A stretch of 64,000 bases of DNA, from positions 3,350,001 through 3,414,000 of the forward strand of contig CM075993.1 of assembly GCA_038087875.1 (NCBI GenBank). The letters are read 5' to 3'. Position numbers and translations under genes: made by a program. This document shows positions 13,359 through 25,481 of the stretch, in pieces. Under the pieces are notes generated by a model that worked only from the letters and a program-made list of their open reading frames with translations, was not told the origin of the DNA and ran no database searches. Source of the stretch: Malacoraja senta. Its lineage: Eukaryota. Position 1 is the stretch's first letter. Every line of letters begins with the position of its first letter.

Positions 13359-14750
13359 TGCAAATAGCAGAAAGAGAATTGATAGTGCTAAAAAAATGGT
13401 TTGATATTAATAAATTATACCTAAACGAAAATAAAACAAAATTTATGGTGTTTGGTGGTGACAGGGTTAATTGTGAAATAAAATTGAATTGAAATGGAGT
13501 TGAAATTGAAAGAGTATATCAAATAAAATTCCTGGGAGTGATTATAGATCATAACCTTTGTTGGAAGCCACATATAGAATACATCAAATGGAAATGATCT
13601 AAATCCATTGCTATTCTTTACAAAACAAAGGATCTGGTGAATAAAAAGTGTTTGTATATATTGTATTGCTCGCTTATAGTGCCATATATGTCATATTATG
13701 TTGAAGTTTGGGAAATGTATATAAAACAAATATAGACCCTATCATTAAACTCCAGAGAAGAGCTATTAGAATAATAGATAAAGCTTCTTACCGTGAAACT
13801 GCAAATCCATTATTTATAAAGTCCGGTACCTTAAATTGTTTGGATATTGTGCATGCAAAGACATTAGAAATACTTTTCCAAGTTAGGAATAAAAGCCTTC
13901 CTGTTAATATTCAAAAAATGTTTAAATTAAGAGAAGGACATTATAATTTAAGAGGGTTGTGTATTTTTGAAACATGTAAAGTGAGAAGCAATATACAATA
14001 TAGATGCGTCTCAGTTTTGGGAGAAATTATGGAACGGGCTTAGTGATGAGTTGAAATTTTGTAGCTCTCTGTCGAGTTTCAAAAAAGCCTTAAAATGTCA
14101 AATAATTAAGGATTATAATGTAAATTGATTAAAATGTAATATAAGTAAGGATTATAATTTATTTTGTGATATAATTTTTTATTAGAAGCAAACATATTAC
14201 AATGTAGAGTAACATATTATAATAGAAGAAAAAACTTTTCATATACATCAATCATACATACATTATCAAATTTGTCAATTGTCAGTTAATTCTGCTTCTA
14301 GTGTTTTTTTTTATATAGATAGAAAAAGAAAAATAGAGAGAAAGAAGAAAGAAGAGAGAGAAAGAAGGATTACAATATCAAAAAAGAAAAAGAGGTGGAA
14401 TGAATAACTTATAATACGTCATAGGAGATAAGTTTGTAGGTTATGAAATATAATTACATCTAATCCTGAGTTCAAACTTCAGTCGGGCTTGAACTCAGGA
14501 TTATAATTTAGAGTCATTTTTATTATTTTTTTCTTTCCTTTGTAATGTTGATATTCTGGGTTATCTTATCTTATGGATTGTATAGGATAGGCAAAAATAA
14601 GCTTTGTGGCTTCGGCCTATTCCTTTTTCGGTCATTGATTATGGGAACGTTGTGTGAAATGGATACAGTGTTGGTTCATATTCATACAGATTGTAAAGTT
14701 TTGTTCTTTTTAATGTATGACTGAAACAAACTATTCATTCATTCATTCAT
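13359..14750 (+). mobile_element. L2-group (Crack/Daphne-like) LINE 3' fragment, degenerate, nested in a CR1 tail
   Basis: AT-rich frames WFDINKLYLNENKTKFMVF, KFLGVIIDHNLCWKPHI, LQRRAIRII. (ATTC)n tail at ~14733-14750. The CR1 3' UTR is interrupted at 13358 and resumes at 14751. Confidence 0.75.
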
Positions 14751-15398
14751 CTATCTCTCCCTCCTAACCCCATTCTCCTGCCTTCTCCCCAAAACCCCTG
14801 ACACCCGTACTAATCAAGAATCTATCACCTGCTGAGTTTCTCCAGCATTTTTGTCTACCTTCGATTTTCCAGCATCTGCAGTTCCTTCTTAAACATAAAG
14901 GGTTTAATAGTTTTGTTATTGAAGATAGACGGATGAATTGTGATAACAAGAGAGCTGCTGTGTCTGACCCCAATCCTAACCATCGGAGCCTTTTTTCTCT
15001 GAATGAAAGGCGAGAATAGTGGAGATGAATCATACTTCTCTGTTTATCTATACCTCCCACAGACTTGGCCTAATCACTGTTCAAAAGCTCGGGACTGAAA
15101 ATCAATTGGATGCAGACTAGCCCAGCCTCCACAGTGATCGGAGGCACTCTCTTTTGGCTTATACTGAGCAGAAAGTAATCTTTTTTTCTCCTCTCAGCTG
15201 AGCAGAGGGTGGGGGTGGGGGTGTGGGGGTGGGGATAGGGGTAATACAACTCCAGCTGGTTACCCGTCCACACTGAACCAGCCACCATCCTCTCTCTCTT
15301 GCTCCCTGTGCACGGAGCCAACTTTTGCCTCAATTCTGTGCTGGAAGCTGGAAAGTTCCTTAAAACTGAAGAAGTGCAACGTTGCCTTGAAAACCAGC

Positions 15399-15402
15399 AT
15401 GA
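15399..15402 (+). CDS. Candidate first coding exon (ATG+A) of the synaptotagmin-like gene
   Basis: ACCAGC-ATG-A is followed directly by a consensus donor GTAAGT (15403-15408), in non-repetitive sequence. Phase 1 matches the acceptor at 33646 (A+TG), giving MMHLQVFLG. Confidence 0.5.
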
Positions 15403-15542
15403 GTAAGTGAGAAAACTTAAATCTCTGCAGGGTCCTGGTTTGTGTGCGATGCCAAGCAAATGTCTGTTTTTTAAAATCTAGATGGGGTTAAGTTTTATAA
15501 GGGGTGAGAATATATAGAAATTAACTTTGACTAAGTTTTATG

Positions 15543-15675
<133 letters not shown>

Positions 15676-17764
15676 GCTAAGCTCAATTTGGTGTGAAGAG
15701 GGTTTTATGTAGACATAGTTACCTGATGTGTAGTCAGGGACAGCACCATTAACCCTTCATGTGCCGACTTGCACACTTAATTATCTTTCGTCCTTAAGAA
15801 TCCTTCCACCCCCTTTCCAGAGACTCTTGCTTTTGTGCATATTTATATTTGTAGATTTTAAATAGTGTATTGCAGGAAGCAAGTATGAGGTTTTAAACCT
15901 AAAACAGTTTTGCTGCCTGCAAGATCTTTTAAGCAAGGACATTGTAATGTGACTGCTATCGAGATGGCATCTAGATTTTGATTGTAGTTGATATTAAGAA
16001 CAGTTTCCATTAATCCTTTCCTTTCGGCTGTAAAAAATTACAAAATCCTGATCCAAGAAGCTAGTTTCTGGCCATGGCACGGTGGCACAGCGGTAGAGTT
16101 GCTGCCTTACAGCACCGGAGACCCGGGTTCAATCCCGATTGCGGGTGCTGTCTGTACGGAGTTTGTACGTTCTCCTCGTGACCTGCGTGGGTTTTTCTCC
16201 GAGATCTTCGGTTCACTCCCACACTCCAAAGACGCACAGGTTTGTAGGTTGATTGTCTTGGCATAAATTGTAAATTGTCCCGCGTGTGTGTAGGGTGGTG
16301 TTAATGTGCGGGGATCGCTGGTCGGTGCGGACTCAATAACACAGCCAGCATCATCCTGGCCACACACTCAATTCACCCCTGCCATCAGGAAGAAGGTACA
16401 GGAGCCTGAAAACTGTAACGTCCAGGTTCAGGAACAGCTTCTTCCTTACAGCCATCAGGCTATTAAACACTACAATCTCAAATAAGCTCTGAACGGCAAT
16501 AGACTTGTGGGCATTGGATTTGTCTTTTCGCTCTATTAATGTTTGTTTGCTTTTTATGTGTATATATGTGTGTGTATATGTTCATATATATATATATGTG
16601 TTCACATATTTGTGTGTGTTTATATATATATATACACACATATGCACATTGAACTTTTTTCTCATTTATTATATTTACAGTGTACTATGTTTACATCTTC
16701 TGTTGTGATGCAGCAAGTAAGAATGTCATTGTTCTATCTGGGACATCTGACAATAAAACACTCTTGACTCTTGGCTGTAATTAAGGGGATTATACAGTTT
16801 ATATAGAGGCTCTTGGCCCCATTACTGAATTTACCGCAAAGTTCCTGTCCTGAAATGCCACCTCTCCACGTTCCCTGACCCCCTGAGTTACTCCAAAACT
16901 TTGTGCCTTTTTTTGCAAACCAGCATCTGCAGTTCCTTGTGTATCCACTCTTTAAGTGTTGGCATTGAGGGCGGAACAGTGGCGCAGCTGGTAGAGCTGC
17001 TGCCTCACAGCGCCAGAGACCCGGGTTCGATCCTGGCCTCGGCTGTGGAGTTTTTGCATGTTATCCCTGAGACCGAGTGGGTTTTCTCCAGGCGCTCCGC
17101 TTTCCTCCCACATTCCCGAGACGCGCAGCTTTATAGGCTAATTGATTTCTGCAAAAATTGCCCCTAGTGCGTAGGGAGTGGATGAGAATGTGGAATAACA
17201 TAGAACTAGTGTACGGGTGATCGCTGGCCGGCGCGGACTCGGTGGGCCGAAGGGCCTGTTTCCACATTATATCTCTAAACCCATGATTATCCAATAGAGG
17301 TCTTCTTCATAACATTGTCCCTATTGTGTAGGACATAGAACCAGTGTACAGGTGATCGCTGGTCAGCACAGACTCGGTGGGCCGAATGGCCTGTTTCCAT
17401 GTTGTATCTCTAAACTAAACTAAGATTTAGTAATTGAATACAAAATAATAGGCTTGGTTGTAAGAAACTGAAGCATCTGCATTTTTCTGTTAAGTACAAG
17501 CCAATATCTGAATTCAATAAAATCAGAAAACACTGTCTAAAATCATGAGAGGAATAGATCGGGTAGATGCACAGAGTCTCTTGCCCAGAGTAGGGGAATC
17601 GAGGACTAGAGGACATGGGTTTAAGGAGAAGGGGAACAGATTTAATAGGAATCTGAGGGGTAACGTTTTCACACAGAGGGTGGTGGGTGTATGGAACGAG
17701 CTGCCAGAGGAGGTAGTTGAGGCTGGGACTATCCCAACGTTTAACAAACAGGTACATGGATAGG

Positions 17765-18304
17765 ACACAAAAATGCTGGAGAAACTCAGCGGGTGCAGCA
17801 GCATCTATGGAGCGAAGGAAATAGGCAACGTTTCGGGCCGAAACCCTTCTTCAGACTGATAGGGGGTGGGGAGAAGAAAGGAAAAAAGGAAAAAGGCGGA
17901 GGAGGAGCCCGAGGGCTGGGGGAGGGGAGGAGACAACCAGATGGCTGATGAAGGGGAGGGGACAGCAAGGGCTAGCAGAATTGGGAGAATTCAATGTTCA
18001 AGCCCCCAGGATGTAGACTGCCCAAGCGGAATATGAGGTTCATTTCCTCCAATTTACGGTGTTGCTCGCTGTGGCCATGGAGGAGACCCAGGACAGAGAG
18101 GTCAGATACGGAATGGGAGGGGGAGTTGAACTGCTGAGCCACCGGGAGGTCAGGTTGGTTATTGCGGACCGACCGGAGGTGTTCGGCGAAACGATCGCCA
18201 AGCCTCCACTTGGTCTCACCGATGTAGATCAGCTGGCATCTAGAGCAGCGGATGCAATAGATGAGGTTGGAGGAGATGCAGGTGAACCTCTGTCGCACCT
18301 GGTG
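17765..18304 (-). mobile_element. Penelope-like element 3' fragment (GIY-YIG endonuclease plus pseudo-LTR)
   Basis: FTCISSNLIYCIRCSRCQLIYIGETKWRLGDRFAEH...KLEE..LIFRLGSLHPGGLNIEF is a PLE-type GIY-YIG domain. It is followed by the abundant terminal repeat. Confidence 0.88.
17827..17854 (-). ncRNA. Minimal hammerhead ribozyme motif downstream of the GIY-YIG ORF
   Basis: CUGAAGA-A-GGGUU-UC-GGCCC-GAAA-C-GUU. Confidence 0.65.
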
Positions 18305-19044
18305 CACGGATAGGACAGGTTTGCAGGGATATGGACCAGGTGGGAACAGTGTAGCTGGGACATGTTGGCCGGTGTGGGCAAGTTGGGCCGAAGGGCCTGT
18401 TTCCACGCTGTATCACTCTGTGACTGGAAATAGTGAAATTGCATCTTAGAGACGGAAACAAGCTAACATTTTATATCACTGAATGTTTCATCCTGATGTA
18501 TGCCGTCGATCTGAAAGCAGAACTAGAAAGTTCCCGACCCGAAACGTCACCCATTCCTTCTCTCCAGAGATGCTGCCTGTCCGGCTGAGTTACTCCAACA
18601 TATTGTGTCTATCTTCGGTGCTTACCAGCATCTGCAGTTCCTTCCTACACACTTGGTCACTCTCCCCTTGTTCTCCCAGAATGCCTCCAGTTTTTATTTC
18701 AGACTTCCAGCATCTGTATTCTATTGGTGTTGGTATATAAATGCATGTCATTGTATTCAATCCCTTCATTGAATTTTATGACACAGATTTGCACTGTCTA
18801 TTTTCGAATGATTTTATGCGCCTTGCCTAGATATGCCTGCAGGGTCCGTTGTTCCAGAGAAAACAATCCCAGTCTAGACAGTCTCCCCTATTAACAATAA
18901 TTCTCCAGCCCTGACAACATCCTGTGCATCTCAGTTTGGAATTAGTATTAACCCTTTATTAATTCTGCTTGAGATCGGCACGGTGGAGTTGCTGCCTCAC
19001 AGCGCCAGTGACCCGGGTTCAATACCGACTATGAGTGTCCCGCC

Positions 19045-19580
19045 TGCAACTGGTCCAAAACGCCGCAGCGAGACTCCTGACGGGCACCCGAAAAAGGGAC
19101 CACATCACCCCGATCCTGGCCTCTCTCCACTGTTCCGTTCCTTATAAACTTCAAGATCCTCCTCCGTCTACAAAGCCCTCAATGGGCTTGCCCCCACCTA
19201 CATAAAAAGTCTTCTCACCCACCACTCCACCTCCAGGCCCCTCAGATTGGCCGACTTGGGGTTGCTGAATATCCCGCGGTCTAGGCATAAGCTCAGGGGC
19301 GACCGGGCCTTTGCGGTTGCAGCCCCTAGACTGTGGAACAGCATCCCCTTTCCCATCAGAACTGCCCCCTCCATCGACTCTTTTAAGTCAAGACTAAAGA
19401 CTTATCTATACTCCCAAGCCTTTCCTGACATCCTCTGAGTGAGGGCTACATGTATATAATATGTATGTAGTTTGTTTTGTTTATGCTATTCTTACAACAA
19501 ATGTAAAGCACTTTGGCCAACGAGAGTTGTTTTTTTAAATGTGCTATATAAATAAATGTGACTTGACTCGACTTGACTTG
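19045..19580 (+). mobile_element. L2-type LINE 3' fragment
   Basis: GDRAFAVAAPRLWNSIP...SFKSRLKTYLY peptide and (GACTT)n tail. Confidence 0.8.
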
Positions 19581-20404
19581 AGCGCTGTCTGTACGGAGTT
19601 TGTACGTTCTCCCTGTGAACTGCGCGGGTTTTTCTCCGAGATCTTCGGCTTCCTCCCACACTCCAAAGACGTGCGGGTTTGTAGGTTAATTGGCTTGGTA
19701 TAAAGGTCGCTAGTGTGTGTGTGTGTGTGTAGGATAGTGTTCATGTTGGCGCGGACTCGGTGGGCCGAAGGGCCTGTTTCCGCGCGGTGTCTCTAAATTA
19801 AACTAACAATGTACTACTCCAGCTTCTCCAGCATTTTTGTGTCAACCTACAAACCTGTACGTCTTTGGAGTGTGGGAGGAAGCCAGAGCATCCGGAGAAA
19901 ACCCACGCGGGTCACAGGGAGAAAGTGGAAACTCCGTATAAACAGCACCCGTAGCCATGATCAAGTGTCTGGTGCTGTGTGAGGCAGTAACTCTACCACT
20001 GCACCACCATGTTCCCCAGCACGCTGTGTCCTGTCTATAATCTTTCTTGGTCAGGATAGTCCACAGACTCCCTGACCTCCTCCGCGAATTGATCAATCTC
20101 TCTTGATGAACGCCTCTTGGATCTTTCAACCCTTGGTCGACTAATCAATTGCTCCCAGAGTACATGCTGACTAACGCACTTGGTTCCTGGCATCCAGTAC
20201 ATCACATCCACATATTTCCGTCTCCTTTCACATTGGTTTTATTTCTGCAGAGACAGCAGAATCTAGACGTGAATCATGTCATCGTTAATCAATTCCCCTT
20301 GCTGATGGGAACAGAAGGTTTGCATCCTTTGTGATACCAATGTTGGCTCATGTAACGCTTCTGTGCATCAGTACATTTGGCCATGAGTGAGAGATCCTCC
20401 TCAG

Positions 20405-20693
20405 TTGTGTGTGTATGTTTGTGTGTGCGTGCACCTGTGCTTGTGTGCGCGTGTGTGTGTGTGTGCGTGTGTGTGTGCGTGTGCATGGGTGTGCATGCAA
20501 GCTGTGCATATGCGTGTGTATGTGTGCGTGTGTGTGTATGTAAGTATGTGTGTGTGTGTGCATGCATGTGAGTGTGTATGTATGTGTTTGCGTGCACATG
20601 TGCGCGTGTGTGTACATGTGTGTGTGCGTGCGTGTGCATGGGTGTGCATGCAAGCTGTGCATATGCGTGTGTATGTGTGCGTGTGTGTGTATG
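20405..20693. repeat. GT-rich degenerate microsatellite (Tc1 copy 1 target)
   Basis: Purine-pyrimidine alternation with an internal duplication. Confidence 0.9.
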
Positions 20694-20695
20694 TA

Positions 20696-22311
20696 CAGTG
20701 GCTTGCAAAAGTATTCATACCCCTTGAACTTTTCCACATTTTGTCACGTTACAACCACAAACGTAAATGTATTTTATTGGGATTTTATGTGATAGACCAA
20801 CACAAAGTGGTGCATAATTGTGAAGTGGAAGGAAAATGATACATGGTTTTCAAATTTTTTCCAAATAAAAAACTGAAAAGTGTCGCGTGCAAAAGTATTC
20901 AGCCCCCCTGAGTCAATACTTTGTAGAACCACCTTTCGCTGCAATTACAGCTGCAAGTCTTTTGGGGTATGTCTCTACCAGCTTTGCACATCTAGAGACT
21001 GAAATTTTTGTCCATTCTTCTTTGCAAAATAGCTCAAGCTCAGTCAGATTGGATGGAGAGCGTCTGTGAACAGCAATTTTCAAGTCTTGCCAGGGATTCT
21101 CAATTGGATTTAGGTCTGGACTTTGACTGGGCCATTCTAACACATGAATATGCTTTGATCTAAACCATTCCATTGTAGCTCTGGCTGTATGTTTAGGGTC
21201 GTTGTCCTGCTGGAAGGTGAACCTCCGCCCCAGTCTCAAGTCTTTTGCAGACTCTAACAGGTTTTCTTCCAAGATTGCCCTGTATTTGGCTCCATCCATC
21301 TTCCCATCAACTCTGACCAGCTTCCCTGTCCCTGCTGAAGAAAAGCATCCCCACAGCATGATGCTGCCACCACCATGTTTCACAGTGGGGATGGTGTGTT
21401 CCGGATGATGTGCAGTGTTAGGTTTCCGCCACACATAGCGTTTTGCATTTAGGCCCAAAACCTCAATTTTGGTCTCATCTGACCAGAGCACCTTCCTCCA
21501 CATGTTTGCTGTGTCCCCCACATGGCTTGTGGCAAACTGCAAACGGGACTTCTTATGGCTTTTTTTCAACAATGGCTTTCTTCTTGCCACTCTTCCATAA
21601 AGGCCCGATTTGTGGAATGCACGACTAATAGTTGTCCTGTGGACAGATTCTCCCACCTGAGCTGTGGATCTCTGCAGCTCCTCCAGAGTTACCATGGGCC
21701 TCTTGGCTGCTTCTCTGATCAATGCTCTCCTTGCCCGGCCTGTCAGTTTAGGTGGACGGCCATGTCTTGGTAGGTTTGCAGTTGTGCCATACTCTTTCCA
21801 TTTTCGGATGATGGATTGAACAGTGCTCCGTGAGATGTTCAAAGCTTGGGATATTTGTTTATAACCTAACCCTGCTTTAAACTTCTCCACAACGTTATCC
21901 CTGACCTGTCTGGTGTGTTCCTTGGGCTTCATGATGCTGTTTGTTCACTAATGTTCTCTAACAAACCTCTGAGGCCTTCACAGAACAGCTGTATTTATAC
22001 TGAGATTAGATTACACACAAGTGGACTCTATTTACTAGTTAGGTGACTTCTGAAGGCAATTGGTTGCACTGGATTTTATTTAGGGCTTTCAGAGTAAAGG
22101 GGGCTGAATACTTTTGCACGCGACACTTTTCAGTTTTTTATTTGTAAAAAAATTTGAAAACCATGTATCATTTTCCTTCCACTTCACAATTATGCGCCAC
22201 TTTGTGTTGGTCTATCGCATAAAATCCCAATAAAATACATTTACGTTTGTGGTTGTAACGTGACAAAATGTGGAAAAGTTCAAGGGGTATGAATACTTTT
22301 GCAAGCCACTG
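20696..22311 (-). mobile_element. Tc1/mariner DNA transposon, Passport-like, full length
   Basis: TA flanks on both sides. ~210-bp TIRs begin CAGTGGCTTGCAAAAGTATTCA with an inner direct repeat (IR/DR type). Contains a 339-aa transposase ORF. Confidence 0.97.
20913..21932 (-). CDS. Tc1 DD34E transposase, open ORF of 339 aa
   Basis: GRPPK, WSDETK, QQDND and SPDLNPIE motifs, with 34 residues between the second D and E. Confidence 0.95.
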   Translation of the reverse strand: MKPKEHTRQVRDNVVEKFKAGLGYKQISQALNISRSTVQSIIRKWKEYGTTANLPRHGRPPKLTGRARRALIREAAKRPMVTLEELQRSTAQVGESVHRTTISRAFHKSGLYGRVARRKPLLKKSHKKSRLQFATSHVGDTANMWRKVLWSDETKIEVLGLNAKRYVWRKPNTAHHPEHTIPTVKHGGGSIMLWGCFSSAGTGKLVRVDGKMDGAKYRAILEENLLESAKDLRLGRRFTFQQDNDPKHTARATMEWFRSKHIHVLEWPSQSPDLNPIENPWQDLKIAVHRRSPSNLTELELFCKEEWTKISVSRCAKLVETYPKRLAAVIAAKGGSTKY

Positions 22312-23127
22312 TAAGTGTGTGCGTGTTTTTGTGTGTACCCATAAAGGGCCTGTCCCACTTAGGCGATTTTTTGGGTGACTACAGGCGACTGCCTCAAAAT
22401 TTTCAATTTGTTGAAAAAATGTCGGCGACAATGGCAACAATTTTTGCTGTCGAAGGTTGTCGCCAGGTGTCATGGGTGAATTCCATTAAAATTAGTCCCT
22501 GGCAGTCGCCTAAAGAGTCCTTATGGTTGACTTGCTCCAAGCCAGGAGACATCCTGGTGAATCTACTCTGCACCATCTCCAGTGCAGTCACGTCCTTTGT
22601 GCGGCAAGGTCACGGAAACATCACACCAGGCTGTAGTAGAATGTACAGAACTGCCCAAGTTCCCTCATTAAGGAGAAATGCAATAGATAAATGATTGTCC
22701 TGGCTGTTTGCCTTCACGGATTTAATTTAACAAGGTCCATTGTAGAAGGGAAATTGGGACCGCACCTTGCTGGCTGGAAGTGTTGAGCCCACTGAACACT
22801 CTCTTATCACAAACAACGGAGAAAGGAGAGGCAACGTGGCACCGATGTTGGCAGGATATTGGAGATTCTATTCCTACTTTGCCCAGGGTGATGGGCGGAT
22901 AAAAAGCAATTTAGTTCAGACTAATGAATCACTACATTCACGCACAAAGGGCATAGAATATAGGACAGCACAGCACAGGAACAGGCCCTTCGGCCCACAA
23001 TGTCCATGCCAAGTTGGGTCGAAGGGCCTGTTTCCACGCTGTATGACTCTATGAATGATATCCTAGCCTGCTCATCCACTCCCATGAGTCCCGTAAAGGA
23101 TGATCCAAAGGACAGTAAAGGAAGGAA

Positions 23128-23620
23128 ATTTTTTATTAATTTCTTTTAATCAAAAATATTTATTCAAATACTAAAATAATATATACACTACAGTAAAAAA
23201 CAAAACAGACCCCACCACCATAATGCACGACAAACGATAAACTATTATACAACTATGTTACAATCCTTGTCAAGGATGCATTCAACTCCTGCGCGGTGCC
23301 CAGTGGTCCCGGAAATCCCCCTAGTGCTACCCGGGCTCGGACGTAACCCCGGAAAAGGGGCAGGCAGCCGGTTCGGGCAGAGCCCTCCACCGCCTGGCGC
23401 CGTGACTCGCGGATGGCCAGCTTGGCCAGGCCCAGGAGCCTGCCCCAACCAGGACATCCTCAGCCCTCTACCCTCTCCCCTACGCGCAGGGCGTCCAAAG
23501 ATGAGGATGGCGGGATGATCCAACCCTCTTGGGTGGAATAACACGATCAAGACACCACATGCCGCGATATATTGAATGGCTGCCCCACCCTGCCCAGTGC
23601 CAATCCCTCAAGCAGAGGTT
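23128..23620 (-). mobile_element. Tx1/L1-like LINE 3' fragment
   Basis: An alternative frame reads LLGLAKLAIRESRRQAVEG...CLPLFRGYVRARV. A-rich tail with AATAAA on the minus strand. Confidence 0.6.
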
Positions 23621-24164
23621 ATCAGGTTAGTTCTCTACTTTCAGATAGACACAAAAAGCTGGGGTAACTCAGCGGGTCAGACAGCATCTCTGGAGAGAAG
23701 GAAGGGGTGATGTTTTGGGTCGAGACACATCTTCGGTTTAAAACAGCATCTGCAGTTCCTTCCCACACTGCTCTATTTGCAGTCTGAAGAAGGGTCTCGA
23801 CCCGAAACATCACCCATCCTTTTTCTCCAGAGATGCTGCCTGCCCCGCTGAGTTACTCCAGCTCCCGTTTCCTCCCACATTCCAAAGTGGGACAGGTTTG
23901 TAGGCGCATGGGCTTGGGGTAAGAATTGTAAATCGTCCCTAGTGTGTAGGATAGTGCCAGTGCACGGGGCGATCGCTGGCCGGCATGGACTCGATGGGCC
24001 GAAGGGCCTGTTTCCGTGCTCTGTCTCTAAACTTAAACGAAACGAAACTAACAATGTGGCGTAAATGGAGAATTCGGAGAACCAGGGCTCTATTAGGTTT
24101 AGGGAAAGCAGAATCCATTTTTTGGGAGGTAAAGTATGTTTTGAAGCTAAAAGGCTTGCAAACC

Positions 24165-25481
24165 ACATATAACCATATAACCATATAACCATAACAGCAC
24201 GGAAACAGGCCATCTCGGCCCTTCAAGTCCGTGCCGAACATTAAAAAAAAATTTTAAAAAAATTTAAAAAAAAAATTTTTAATTAAAAATAAATACTTCC
24301 CCCTAGTCCCATCTACCTGCACTCAGACCATAACCCTCCATTCCTTTCCCGTCCATATACCCATCCAATCTATTTTTAAAGGATAACATCGAACCTGCCT
24401 CCACCACTTCCACTGGAAGCTCATTCCACACAGCTACCACTCTCTGAGTAAAGAAGTTCCCCCTAATGTTCCCCCTAAACTTCTGTCCCTTAATTCTCAA
24501 GTCATGTCCCCTTGTTTGAATCTTCCCTACTCTCAATGGGAAAAGCTTATCCACGTCAACTCTGTCTATCCCCCTCATCATTTTAAAGACCTCTATCAAG
24601 TCCCCTCTTAACCTTCTGCGCTCCAAAGAATAAAGCCCTAACTTGTTCAACCTTTCTCTGTAACTTAGTTGCTGAAACCCAGGCAACATTCTAGTAAATC
24701 TCCTCTGTACTCTCTCTATTTTGTTGACATCCTTCCTATAATTAGGCGACCAAAATTGTACTCCATACTCCAGAATTGGCCTCACCAATGCCTTGTACAA
24801 TTTTAACATTACATCCCAACTTCTATATTCAATGCTCTGATTTATAAAGGCCAGCACACCAAAAGCTTTCTTTACCACCCTATCTACATGAGATTCCACC
24901 TTCAGGGAACTATGCACAGTTATTCCTAGATCCCTCTGTTCAACTGCATTCCTCAATTCGCTACCATTTACCGTGTACGTCCTATTTTGATTTGTCCTGC
25001 CGAGATGTAGCACCTCACATTTGTCAGCATTAAACTCCATCTGCCATCTTTCAGCCCACTCTTCCAAATGGCCTAAATCTCTCTGTAGACTTTGAAAATC
25101 TACTTCATTATCCACAACACCACCTATCTTAGTATCATCTGCATACTTACTAATCCAATTTTCCACACCTTCATCCAGATCATTGATGTACATGACAAAC
25201 AACAGTGGACCCAACACAGACCCCTGAGGCACCCCACTAGTCACCGGCCTCCAACCTGACAAACAGCCATCCACCATTACTCTCTGGCATCTCCCATTCA
25301 GCCACTGTTGAATCCATCTTGCTACTCCACCATTAATACCCAACAATTGAATCTTCTTAACCAACCTTCCATGAGGAACCTTGTCAAAGGCCTTACTGAA
25401 GTCCATATAGACAACCTCCACTGCTTTACCCTCATCAATTTCCCTAGTAACCTCTTCGAAAAATTCAAGAAGATTAGTCAA
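24165..25481 (-). mobile_element. 5'-truncated CR1 LINE (RT C-terminal part, open frame of 392 aa)
   Basis: DFSKAFD, GVPQGSVLGP and YADD motifs. 3' UTR ends in an (ATATGGTT)n tail. Confidence 0.93.
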
